From Lama glama (taxonomy: Eukaryota), in NCBI GenBank assembly GCA_028534125.1, contig CM052818.1:42162001-42226000 (forward strand): DNA of 64,000 nt, written 5' to 3'. Positions within the stretch are counted from its first letter, which is position 1. Each line of letters begins with the position of its first letter. The position numbers and the translations under genes were made by a program. Below, in pieces: positions 38,728-49,586 of this stretch. Under the pieces are notes generated by a model that did not search any database, was not told the origin of the DNA, and saw nothing but the letters and a program-made list of their open reading frames with translations.

Positions 38728-39374
38728 GTTCGTGCATACCTTAAACAGAAAACGTTTTTTTTTTGACTGCCTCTTGTGTATAGGTACTTGAATGAATGAA
38801 CAAACGTAATGAGAGAGCAAGTATGACTGTAAATCAGAATAATAAGCTGTGAATTTAAGATACTCAAGTCTAGTTAGAGATCTGTACATGCAGTACCGAT
38901 GCTTTGTATTTGTAATGCACTGTCCAGACATAGTCTACCGTTCTTAAAATGTGGTAGTAAGTCAGTCCTAACTGGAGGTGCAGAATCTGGTGTGAAGTTC
39001 CAGTGAAGGAAAGAAGTCAGTGGGCCACTGCAACAGAACCAGCTTCGAGAGGAATTAGAATTTGTTGCACTAAAGAGAAATTGAAATGGCAAGTGGAGAA
39101 AAAAAAAATTAGTGGTTGTAATAACTTGTATTTGTACTGTGCTTTATTCTTTATTAATGGCTTTGTGATATATTCTTACTTAGTATTCATAATACCCTTT
39201 GAGAAAATGGGGTAGATACTACCCTCATTTTACAGTTTAGAGAACATAGATTGTGAGGAGGTACAGTGACCTTCCCGCATGTGATCCAGTTTCTCAGTAT
39301 CTCTTTCAGGAATCCAGTGCTTTTTACTTTGTATCCTCTTCCCTCAAATAGTCAAAGTACAGGGGCAGGTAGAA

Positions 39375-39573
39375 CAGTGGTTCTAACTCTGGCTACATCT
39401 TAGAATCACCTGGGAAACTTTATAAAGACAAGGAAACCAAAAGCTAAAACTACTGCGTTGCCTGGGCTCCAACCGCAGAGCCTGATGTAATGAATCTGAG
39501 TGGGACCCGGACGTTAATGGTGTCTCAGGGCTTTCAGCGGATTCTGATGAGAAGCTAGGGATGAGAACCAATG
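39375..39573. mobile_element. MER5B-like hAT MITE
   Basis: CAGTGGTTCT…TGAGAACCAATG termini and TTAGAATCACCTGGGAAACTTT. Confidence 0.75.
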
Positions 39574-39691
39574 ATGCAGAGAATGATTTTTTGTTCAGAA
39601 ATGAGTGAACAGAAATTGAAAAAGTACATTGGCTCCTGTTATGGAAGTTCTGGGGAAACAAAGTAAGAAGGTTGAATTTCTGTTTTCTAGA

Positions 39692-40015
39692 CTAGCACTG
39701 TCTGACAGAAATGTGATGTGAGCTGTATATGTGATCAATGTGTAATTTAAAAAATTTTAGTAGCATTAAGTGAAACAGGTGAAATGTTTTCGATATGTTT
39801 TATTTAATACAACACATCCAAAACAATTCCATGTTAAAACGGTAAGGTCAAAGTTATCGAAATATTTCGCATTCTTACTTTGGTACCAAGTCTTTGCAAT
39901 TTGGTGTGTATTTTTATGTTCGGCATCTCTCAGTTCAGACTAGCCAGGCATCAAGGGTTCAGTCGCCACACGTGGCTGTCATCTTTTACTATGTCTGGAG
40001 TGACTCTGGACAGTG
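39692..40015. mobile_element. MER33-like hAT-Charlie element
   Basis: GCACTGTC…AGAAAT…, GAAACAGGTGAAAT, GGTGTGTATTTT, GACTAGCCA…GCCACACGTGGCT…TGGACAGTG. Confidence 0.8.
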
Positions 40016-40554
40016 AGGAGCCGTTCAGGGCCTTTTACGTGTGCTTCCTGGGGTGCACGTGCCTTCAGGTACTTAGTGTAGAAATACTGGCACTGAGTGA
40101 GTGTTCTAAGTGTCCTTCGCTTAACTTGCTGATTAGGCAAATGGAAATAACTGGAGTTTTTTTTCAGTATTGGTTACCTCTGGCAGTGGAAATTAACCTT
40201 TGAAACTTCATGTCTGAATTCTGTATTTTAGAGTTCTTTGAGGCATTACTTTGTTTTTTTCTCCCTCTTTTTTGCCCTAGACGTGTAGTCTAAACAGAAA
40301 TTCACCTACTAGGTGAACATCTCACCCAAACAGGCTGCTGTGTTCCCAGCCTGTGGCTGGAAGGGCTGGTCTAGACTTGAGTGTCTAGTTCTGGGCACTC
40401 TGGCTTGCATGGGTCTTCAAATACAGATCAGTTCTGGGGCCGTCTTATTTAAAGTACCCCCAGCAAGGCCAGTGTCTCGGATATCTTCCAGTTATACACA
40501 AGTTAACGTCCATCTGGCATCTTTTCAGTAGCTTGCCTTCCCCCTCTCCTGCAG

Positions 40555-40688
40555 GCGTCTGGCTCAGCAGGTGATTTGGGCTGTGCCGTTGCTGGGTTGA
40601 TATTTTTAGAGTACGAAGCAAGCGCGCAGTGGTCTGCGGAGCTCTTGGTCATCAGTTACCGAGGAGAACTTAGAAGCTACCTTGTAAG
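40555..40688 (+). CDS. NBAS: NBAS coding exon 8 (134 nt; ASGSAGDLGCAVAGLIFLEYEASAQWSAELLVISYRGELRSYLV(S))
   Basis: CTGCAG acceptor, AAG|GTAAGA donor, phase 0->2. Matches NBAS AGLIFLEY…AQWSAELLV…YRGELRSYLVS. Confidence 0.95.
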
Positions 40689-41009
40689 GTAAGAGTGCAC
40701 TTTCTTTGGGATGTCCTATTTGAAATAACGTTTATTTCTCTTTCAGATTTTGCTGCCCCCACCAGCATTTTATTCTGAAAGATTGCAAATATAGAAGGAA
40801 AGAATTCTTTAGTAAACTCTCATATACCTCCACTAAAATTCTATTTAGTGTCTTACTATACTTGCTGTGTTATATTTCTATCCATCTCTTTATCCGGCCA
40901 TTTATCAGTCTTATTTTTTAACGTATTTCAGAGTCAGTACTTGAATTAATGATACGCATGCTAAAATATTTATGTTTATATTAATTAAAATTCAACATTT
41001 GCTCATAGT

Positions 41010-42125
41010 TTTCTTTCTTTTGGGATAAAATCTGCATACAATGAAATACACAGCTCTTAAGTGCCCAAGCCAGTGAGTTATGACAAATGCACACACGTGT
41101 GCGATTCAACCCTATCAAGATACAGAACATTACCATCGTGCTGGAAAGTTCCCTCGTGCCTCTTCCCAGTAAACCTCTGCCTACAGCCACTCTTAGAGCA
41201 GCTACTGTTTATAATTTTTTCCCCCATTATAGGTTGCTTTTGTCTATTGTAGTGCTTTACATTAATGGACCCATGGAGTATGTACTTTTTTGTCCGTCTT
41301 CTTTCATTCATCGTATCTTGAGAGTCATCCATATTTTCACATGTGTCAGTAGTTTACTCTTTTTAATGGCTGATTAGTATTTCATTATATGAATATCTCA
41401 TGTGTCTTAGTTTGGGCTGCTCATCACAAAATACCATAAACTGGGTGGCTGAACAACAGAAATCTATTTCTCACAGTTCTGGAGGCTAGACATCTGAGGT
41501 CAGGGTGCCAGCACTGTCAGGTTCTGGAGAGGATCCTCTGCTGGGTTGTAGACTGCCGACTTCCTGTATCATCATGTGGTGGGAAGGGAGCTGGCTGGCT
41601 CTCTGGCCTCATCTAATAAGGGCACTAATCCCATTCATGAGGGTTCCTTTCTTGTGACCCAATAGCTCCCAAAGATACCATCTCCAAATATCATCACAGT
41701 GGCATTAGGGTCTTAATATGTGAATTTTGGGAGGATACAAAGATACAGTCTGTGGGAGTCACAAATATTCAGTAGATAACACTTAGAGCTCCATCAATTG
41801 AAGAATGGATAAAGAACTCCTAAGTGTCCAGTTTTGTGCTATTGTGACTAAAACTGCTATGACCAGTCTTGTTCAAGTCTTTACCGGTATATGCTTTCAT
41901 TTCTTTTGGGTCAGTATCTTTGAGTGGAACTGCTAAGTCATAGAGTAGATATAGTTTATTTTTATAAGAAGCTGCCAGACCTTTTCCAAGGTGGTTGTGT
42001 CATCCATATTTCTACTAATAATGTATCAGAGTGCTGGTGGTTTTACATCTTCAGCAATATTTAGTGGTGTCTGTCTTAATTACAGACATTCTCGTGAGTA
42101 TGTAGTGGTATCACTGTGGTTTAAT
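41010..42125 (-). mobile_element. Old L1 (L1MB/MC-type) 3' end, interrupted by an MLT1 LTR; ends ~30 nt before the exon 9 acceptor
   Basis: CAAGATACAGAACATTACCATC, GCTTTCATTTCTTTTGGG…GAGTGGAACTGCT, TGCCAGACCTTTTCCAAGGTGGTTGT, GTAGTGGTATC-CTGTGGTTTAAT. Confidence 0.85.
41403..41757 (-). mobile_element. MaLR LTR (MLT1A-like)
   Basis: TGTCTTAGTTTGGGCTGCT…AAAATACCATAAACTGGGTGGCT…TATTTCTCACAGTTCTGGAGGCT…GGGCACTAATCCCATTCATGAGGG…TGAATTTTGGGAGGA. Confidence 0.88.
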
Positions 42126-42155
42126 GGTGTTTATTATTTATCTTCTTAAATTTAG

Positions 42156-42254
42156 TGTTGGAACAAATCAGAGCTATCAGGAGAGTCACTGTTTCAGCTT
42201 CAGTAGTCATTATCCTCATGGAATCAACACCGCTGTTTACCATCCTGGACACAG
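42156..42254 (+). CDS. NBAS: NBAS coding exon 9 (99 nt; VGTNQSYQESHCFSFSSHYPHGINTAVYHPGH(R))
   Basis: ATTTAG acceptor, CAG|GTAAGC donor, phase 2->2, peptide matches NBAS. Confidence 0.96.
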
Positions 42255-42697
42255 GTAAGCAACCATTTGCTCTCATATTTGGTGGAGTATTAGGTGGATG
42301 TTGGCACAGTTTCAGAGAGAAGCAATTTTTCTGATTTTTCTTTTGGCTTCTTCGTTTCCTCCTCTTATGTATAGTGCTCTCAGTGTCTGTAGTGTTGTTG
42401 TAGTCATCTTCGGAACACTCCTGCTCGTCTGCCTGGCAGACTGAGCTTCTCTGAGCCGGAAGGGGCGCAGGGAATATCCACTGAGGACTGTCTTCTCCCT
42501 TAGCTCTCTGAGTCTTGTTTTTCTTGTCTGTAAAATGAAGATAGTGCCTAACGCCTAGCATCGTTGAGAGGTCTAACAAAACAGTGCATACAAAACGCCC
42601 TTGCATACAAGGGCCTCGGGGGGTGTTCTCCCCTTCTCTTTGCTTTCGTGGCAAATTAGGGCTGCATTGGTTATTGCACAGTTGAGTCTTCAAACTA

Positions 42698-43146
42698 CAG
42701 GCAGACCTCAGAGATATTGTGGATTCAGTTCCAGACCACCCAATAAAGAGAATATTGTAACAAAGCAAGTCACATGAATTTTTTGATTTTCAAGTGTCTG
42801 TAAAAGTATGTTTACAGTCTACTGTAGTCTAAGTGTGCAATGGTATTATGTCTAAAAAAATAATGCGCATACCTTAGTAAAACAGAACAAAAACCAATTA
42901 CAATAGTGACGTCAGAGATCACTGATCACTTATCACTATAACAAATATAATAATAATCCAAACTTTTTCATTATTGAGAGAATTACCAAAATGTGACGGA
43001 GACACGAAGTGAGCAAATGCTGTTGGGAAAATGGCATTGATAGAGTTGCTCTTCATACTCAAGGTTGCCACAGACCTTCAGTTTGTAAAACATACAGTGT
43101 CTGTGAACCGTCATAAAGCTGAACACAGAGAAATGAGGTGTATCTG
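42698..43146 (-). mobile_element. Non-autonomous Tigger1 derivative
   Basis: TA target sites on both sides, TIRs CAGGCAGACCTC / GAGGTGTATCTG, both Tigger1 ends recognisable with an internal deletion. Confidence 0.88.
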
Positions 43147-43499
43147 TATGTCCCACTCTTCATGGATGCCACTGCTCCAGGTATTTGCCCTCTACATTGA
43201 TGGTCACCTGAAACTTTTGGCATTTTTAATTCGAATAATTTCTCTTTTAATTTTGTTATTTGAAAATGAAATTTATATATATTTTATAGATTAGCCAAGC
43301 TAACTTTTTGTTTGTCTAAAAGAGAAGGTTGTCAAATTTTGAGTCAGACAAACCTAGCTTGAGTTCTGAATTTTGAGACTTAACTCTCTTGGTAAGTCCT
43401 TAAACTCTCTGACCCTCAGCGGACTTAAAGTTTTTTGGTTGAAAATGTATGCAAGTTTTGTATTCTTTTCAATCATGGGTCTGTCCTTGTGTTTTATTT

Positions 43500-45310
43500 A
43501 GAATTTTATTATAAAACATTTATAGTACCAAAGAGTACACCACCTGCCACACGCACACACACACATGATGAAGTCCCATTTGTCCTTCCCTAATCCCATC
43601 CCATCTTACTCCCTAAAGATAACTGCTGTCCTAAATTTTGTTTATCATCCTGTTGCTTTCTTTATAGTTTTATCACTTATGCATATTTGGTTTTGCTCTT
43701 TGACTATATAAATGGCATCATCCAGGAGACATACAAGTCTTGCTTTGTGACTTGCTTTATTGTATGTTGTTCTAGTTCATTCATTTTTAAGTAGTATTAG
43801 AATATTTTATTTGGGGAATATATTGCAACATATTTATCTGTTCTGTAGATGAAAATTTGATTTGTTTCCAGTAGAAATTTGGTTTTTTGGTTATAAAAAT
43901 AGTACTGTGGCCAAAATTATTGTGCATTCCTCTCACACGTGTGCAAGAGTTTCTGCAGGATATGTAACTTGGAACAGAATTGCTGAATTTTTGGGTAAAT
44001 ACATCGTCAACTTTATTAGGTAATGCAAATGTTTTCCAGACTGGTTCTCCCAAGTTACAGTCCCATCAGCAGCGTGTGAAAGTTTGTTGTTTCTCATTCT
44101 CACTGGCAACTCTTGATGATGTTAGACTTTTAAATACTGATCTAGAAGGTGTAAAAGAATAACTCATTGTAGTTTTATTTGATTTCTCTGATTGCTGATG
44201 ATATTGAGAAGCTTTTCATGTTATTGGCCATTCATGTTTCCTCATCTATGAAATTCTTTTTTTGTTTCATTTATTTTTTTTATTGGATGTTTGGTCTTGA
44301 TATTTGCCTATAATCTGGATATTAATTCTGGGTTGACTACATACATGATGAGTATCCTCTCCCAACAAGTGGCTTCTCTTTTTTTCCCTTATAATTTACC
44401 TTTGATTTTATGAGTTATCTCTGTACATAATTCGAAATGTTAAATAGTTGGAAAACTTCCTCCTCCACCCAGTTTCTTGCTTTCCAAAGGTGACCACTTC
44501 TAGCTTATTTTAGTTGATTCCTTTGGTTGTTTGGTGAATCACCACCTTCTATAACTTTCTGAGAAAGGGTACATGGAAAGTATATTTTTTGAGGCCTTGT
44601 TTGTCTAAAAATGGCTTTAGTCTATCTTAATGTTTAATCGATGATTTGGCTGGATAGAATTGTAGGTTAGAAATAATTTTGTCTTTGAATTTTGGAAGTA
44701 TTGCTCAGTTGTCTTGTAGCTTCTAGTGTTGTTCCTGAGAATTCTGATGTCACTCAGGTGTAAAAATCCATTTTTCTTTGCCTATTTTTTTTTTGGTCCC
44801 CCTTCTCTCTCAAAGCTGAGATTTTCTTTCTTTTCCCTCAGTGTTCTGAAATTTGGCTGTGTTATGCCTTTATATCCATAGTATTGACCATTCATTTTGA
44901 ATACTCACTTTTGGGAAAATTAATTGAATTAGTTCTTTGATTATTTCTTTCCTTCTGATTCCTCTTTTCTCTCCAAAATGGCTGTTATCTAGATACTGAG
45001 TTTCCTGGACTCACCTTTAATTTTCTCATTCTCTTTTTTTCCCTTTGTTGTTGTTGAAAAAGAGAAGTAGAAGATTTTTTTCTGTATAGTTGTATACTTA
45101 ATGAAGAAAGTGGTTTGAAGCACTTTTGAGTTGTATTATAAATATAATGAGTTAATTATACATATGATCCTGTTTTAGAAAAAAACCCTGTATTCTGGTT
45201 AATTTTTCTGATCTGTTTTCTAATTTACTAATTCTTCAGTGCCTCATCTCTTTTTTAAACTAGTTGTTGTGTTTCAGTTTCAATTTTTATTTCTCATTTC
45301 TAGAATTTCC
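43500..45310 (-). mobile_element. Ancient L1 (L1ME/L1M) fragments
   Basis: T-rich strand with L1 motifs (CAGTCCCATCAGCAGCGTGTGAAAG, TTTTCATGTTATTGGCCATTCATG, TTTGGCTGGATAGAATTGTAGGTT). Confidence 0.7.
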
Positions 45311-45480
45311 CTGCAGTTATTTTAAGAATCTCTCTTAAGAAAGAGCAAAAGGAACTGAAATGAGTATTCAGTGAGCCACTAGTTGTTTTGAGGATTAAAT
45401 ACATAGTAGGTATTCAGGAAATGATAGCACTGAATAAATAATACTGTTTATTTTTTCTTAATTTGTGTAGACACTGTCTT

Positions 45481-45659
45481 TTTTATTGAAGTGTAGTTGA
45501 TTTACAGTGTTAGTTTGAGGTATATAGCAAAGTGATTCAGTTATACATATACTTTCTTTTTTCAATTTATTTTCCATTGTATGTTATTACAAGAAATTGA
45601 ACATAGTTTACTGTGCTGTAATAGATCCTTGTTGTTTATTTTATGTATAGTAATGTGTA
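45481..45659 (-). mobile_element. Short 5'-truncated cetartiodactyl-type L1 3' end
   Basis: TTTTATTGAAGTGTAGTTGATTTACA… with 15-bp TSD TGTAGA(C/T)ACTGTCTT at 45466-45480 and 45660-45674. Confidence 0.9.
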
Positions 45660-46640
45660 TGTAGATACTGTCTTGAAGAGTCAGTTGATATATTCTTAAG
45701 AAATTTGAAAATCAGTTTCAAAAGTCTAGCCAATGAAAAAATTAAAAAATCAGAAAAGAATATGCTAAATGCAATAAATAATCTGAAATGATAATAGACC
45801 TTTGTTTTACTCTAGATGAGGTTGAGTGATCACACGCAGAGTTGAGTTCTTCACATTTTATAAAATTCAATGTAATTGTACATGCTGCAAATAATTACAT
45901 TTTCTTAAATCAAACATTTCTTTTGATTATAAAAAACACATTAGGAGAATAAGAAGATTGTGCTGTTTTTTATTCTTGTCAACTTCTTATACAAAGTTTG
46001 GCTTTTTAATGTTTGTTTTTATATTTCAGGTCTTACATTTTCCTTGCATAGCTTCACATTAAGTCTTGAATTAAAATTTTGCTACTAGAAAGGGGATAGA
46101 ATATATTTTGCTTTGACGTGATCAGCTCTGTTGTGAATTTTGCTAAGCCTAGACAGTGCATGTATCACAGCCATGACACTCCAATTGCTGGGTGATTTCT
46201 GTTGAATGTGACCTATTTCTTTACATTTACATCTTTGAAACCGTGTTTTATTATGGTCAAATGAGATTTGGTCTTTGCTCTCTTAAGGCCTTTTCTTGGT
46301 TTAGTTCAACTTATTTTTGTTGTTTTAATGCATAGTTATTAATATCTTTTTTTCTCAGCACTTATATACATTAAAAAAGTGAATCTGCTGTCTCCTAAAA
46401 AAGTGTGTGTTCTGTCAGAGGAATTGTCTGTATTACGGAGATTGATGAAGTAGGAAGTCTATTCTATTGTTTTAGCCAGCCTGTTTTCCATTATTGCTGT
46501 CTTATTTATTGTGGCCTGCTGTGTGCAACACACAGTGTTAGCTTTGTGGAGATATAAAGATGAAGAGCAGTCTGGACTTCAAGGTTTCATATTCTTGAAT
46601 GAGAAATAATATATACATGCATTACATATATATGTATATA

Positions 46641-46860
46641 CAGTTGACCCTTGAACAACGTGAGTTTGAGCTGCTCAGATCCAGTTACACATGGATTTTT
46701 TTCACTGCATGCATACTACAGTAATACATGAATTATAGTTGGTTGAGGACTACATGCATGTGTGCACAGGGAGGGCCGACTGTTAAGTTATACACAGATT
46801 TTTGACTGCTAGGGTTGAGGGTTGGTGCCCCTAACCTCCACATTGTTCAGGGGTCAACTG
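46641..46860. mobile_element. Tigger2-family MITE inside an L2
   Basis: TIRs CAGTTGACCCTTGAACAA / TTGTTCAGGGGTCAACTG, TA on the left flank. Confidence 0.88.
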
Positions 46861-49095
46861 TGTATCTAGTATGTGTGTGTGTGTGTGTGTATACTTATAA
46901 TATATGTCGTATTTATAATTTCAAATACATATTTCTTTACTTAAATATGTATGTTTGTATATATAGATAAAACATGTGTATGTACGTATATAATAGGAAT
47001 GTAAGCTAGAAAGAAGTAAGGGCCTTAAAAAAGTGCAGCTGTAGTGATGAGATGCAGTGATGTGGGGATCCAGATAAAGGAGATACACTTTTTTTGAAGG
47101 ATGGCCAGTGACATTAGGACTTACTATGGAGAATGGATATAATCTGGATATGTTGAGTGTTCTAGACAGAGTGACATTGTGAAGTGACAAGAGGCGGGAA
47201 GCCACAGTGTATTTTTGGGAGATTTCAAGTGTTGTAGCTTGGCTGGCCCTGTAGGGTGTGTGTGAGAGGGGATGAGAGGTGATGGTTGTGGTGGGAGATA
47301 GGGCATTGGAAAGGCAGGTTGAGGTCAGGTAATCAGCAGCATGGCGTGGCTTTCTCTTTAGGGACTCAGATTCTTGAGATGAGGAAACATGATCAGCTAT
47401 GGTTTGAGGAATGTTGACGGGTAGTTGGGAGATACTAGTGGCTGGGTGACTTACAGATGACAGTGTGCTAGTTCAGGCCACAGGCAACTAGGGCCTCTTC
47501 ATTTTCAGACATAGAATTGCTGTTCTGTGCCACACTTTGGGCACCACATTTATATATAGAGAGAGATAGATACGTATAGATACAGATATAAATATAGATA
47601 TCTATTTATATGTACTGAATTTTTTCTATTTTGAGGAATAGATATTTTTCCAATTAGAATGTCAGATGAGTGAAGGCATCAAATACATGTAGCATAGATC
47701 TTTGTAAAAGCAGTCACCTCTGGTTCAGGAGCTCTGTTGGTGGTTGATTGATACTTCGCCATCTGTTGGCTCCTTGGATTTTTCTGAGGAGGGAAGAATT
47801 ACTATGTTTCTTTCTTTCGATTTTTCTTTTCTCTTTTCCTTTTCTTCTGTTTTTGTATTCTGCATTCTCCACATTTTTGTTTTGTTTTATTTTTCTTGGC
47901 TCTTTTGAAAGAAGTATATTTTATATCTTAATCTTTGCTAGTTTTTTGTTTTGTTTAGTGTATTTCACAGTGACTACTCCGTTGTCTTGACTTATTACAA
48001 AGGTCAATATTAGGTTTGTTTTTTCCTTCAGGAGGGTAAGTGTGGTTCACTTGGGACCATAGGTTTGAAAATAATCATATGCTAAATAGTTATTACATGC
48101 TAGTAATTTGTCTTAAGTCAGATTACATTTATTACTTCTTTAAGGTTTTTACTTTTTGGCCTAGGATGTAAGTAAATAAAGGTATTTCTGGGAAAGTGGT
48201 CTCAAAATAAAAATTTTGAAAAGGTAAATATGTTACGGAACTGTAGAAGGAGGGCCTCTTCTTGGTTCTGCAATCATTAGAATTTTGGGTAGCAGTCAAC
48301 TTGGAGATGGATGATTGCATTAAGATTTCTGAATGAAAACTGTTATAAAGCAAGGAGTATGTGTAAATGCCCTTCTGTGCATGATAAAAATATTGCTAGT
48401 TTGTTTATATTTTCCATTATGTGGTCTTTGTTTAACGAAAGGAGCTTGAAATATTCATCACATTTTAAAAAATTTAGCTACTCTAGTAGGGTGAGCATGT
48501 GATATTTATCATCCACAAAGATTTTACAAACGTGAAATAAATCAGCCAGAGTGGAGTTGCGATAAATTGGTAATACACAAGTGAAATTCCTCGTTTTGCT
48601 TGATGCCATAAACGTGGTTGAAGAAAAACTCAGGTGGTAGATTGGGTAATATGAAACAAAAGTTAATTGAGAAGCTTTGGGATAAGCTCTGTGGATTTGC
48701 TGATTTTGGCTATTTTCTTTTTACATATTCAAACTCACAGCCTAATGAATTCATTTTACCCTCTCCTGACTACCTCATATTCCAGTCCTACTCTCCCTCC
48801 TACACCTGCCCCAGCCAGCACTTCCCTGCCTTTTGTTTTCTGTTCTCAGTGTTCTCTTAGTCTTGGCTTGTATTGTACCCTGATTCCGGCTAAGAGGCAT
48901 CTCATATACCTCCTCTGCATTCTTAGAAGGATGACATTAAACTTCTGGTACAGGTGGGTACCGTGTGTGGTGGTGGAGATTCAGATGTAGTGCCTGCCCT
49001 CCAGGAGTGTACCGTCTGTTTAGGGGGTCATACATTCACAAGTAAGGACACCCATGTAATGGGAGTTCATTTAAATACAAGACTTCACCTATGCC

Positions 49096-49586
49096 TGGTC
49101 GTCTCCCCTTATCCATGAGGCATATGTTCCAGGACCCCCCAGTGGATGCCCAAAACTGCAGGTGATACTGAACCCTTTATACACCATGTTTTCTCCCATA
49201 CATAACACCTATGATAAGGTTTAGTTTATAGGTTAGGCCTAGAAAGAGAATATTTGAATTGCCAGCATCTCTAGTCTTATTTTTTGGGGCCATTATTAAA
49301 TAAAATAAGGGTTATGTGAACACAGACACTGTGGTACCTTGACAGTCGATACCTGATAACCTGGATGGCTACTAAGTGACTAAATGTGAGGTACACTGGC
49401 CGGAGGGATGATTCACCTCCCGGGCAGAATGGAGCAGGATGGCGCGGGAAGGTGCAAGAATTGCATTCCATTTAAAACTGACGAATTGTTTATTTCTGGA
49501 AGTTTTCGTTTCATACTTTTGGGCTGCAGTTGACTGTGGGCAACTGAAACTGCCGAAGGTGAAACTGTGGATAAGTGGGACTACTA
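49096..49586. mobile_element. MER44-like (Tigger7-family) element
   Basis: GTCTCCCCTTATCC…TTCCAGGACCCCCCAGTGGATGCC start, GTGGATAAGTGGGACTACT end, internal GGATGATTCAC-TCCCGGGCAG. Confidence 0.82.

Noticed and set aside
40555..40688. Idea that exon 8 divergence indicates a pseudogene or an A-to-I-edited retrocopy
   Set aside because: All ten exons are in frame with intact GT-AG sites and introns. T->C changes also occur, and flanking non-coding DNA appears shifted the same way.
42121..42768. Longest ORF in the track (215 aa, minus strand)
   Set aside because: Non-ATG start. It runs through a Tigger1 end, a MIR-like fragment and the antisense of exon 9, and resembles no protein I know. Chance ORF.
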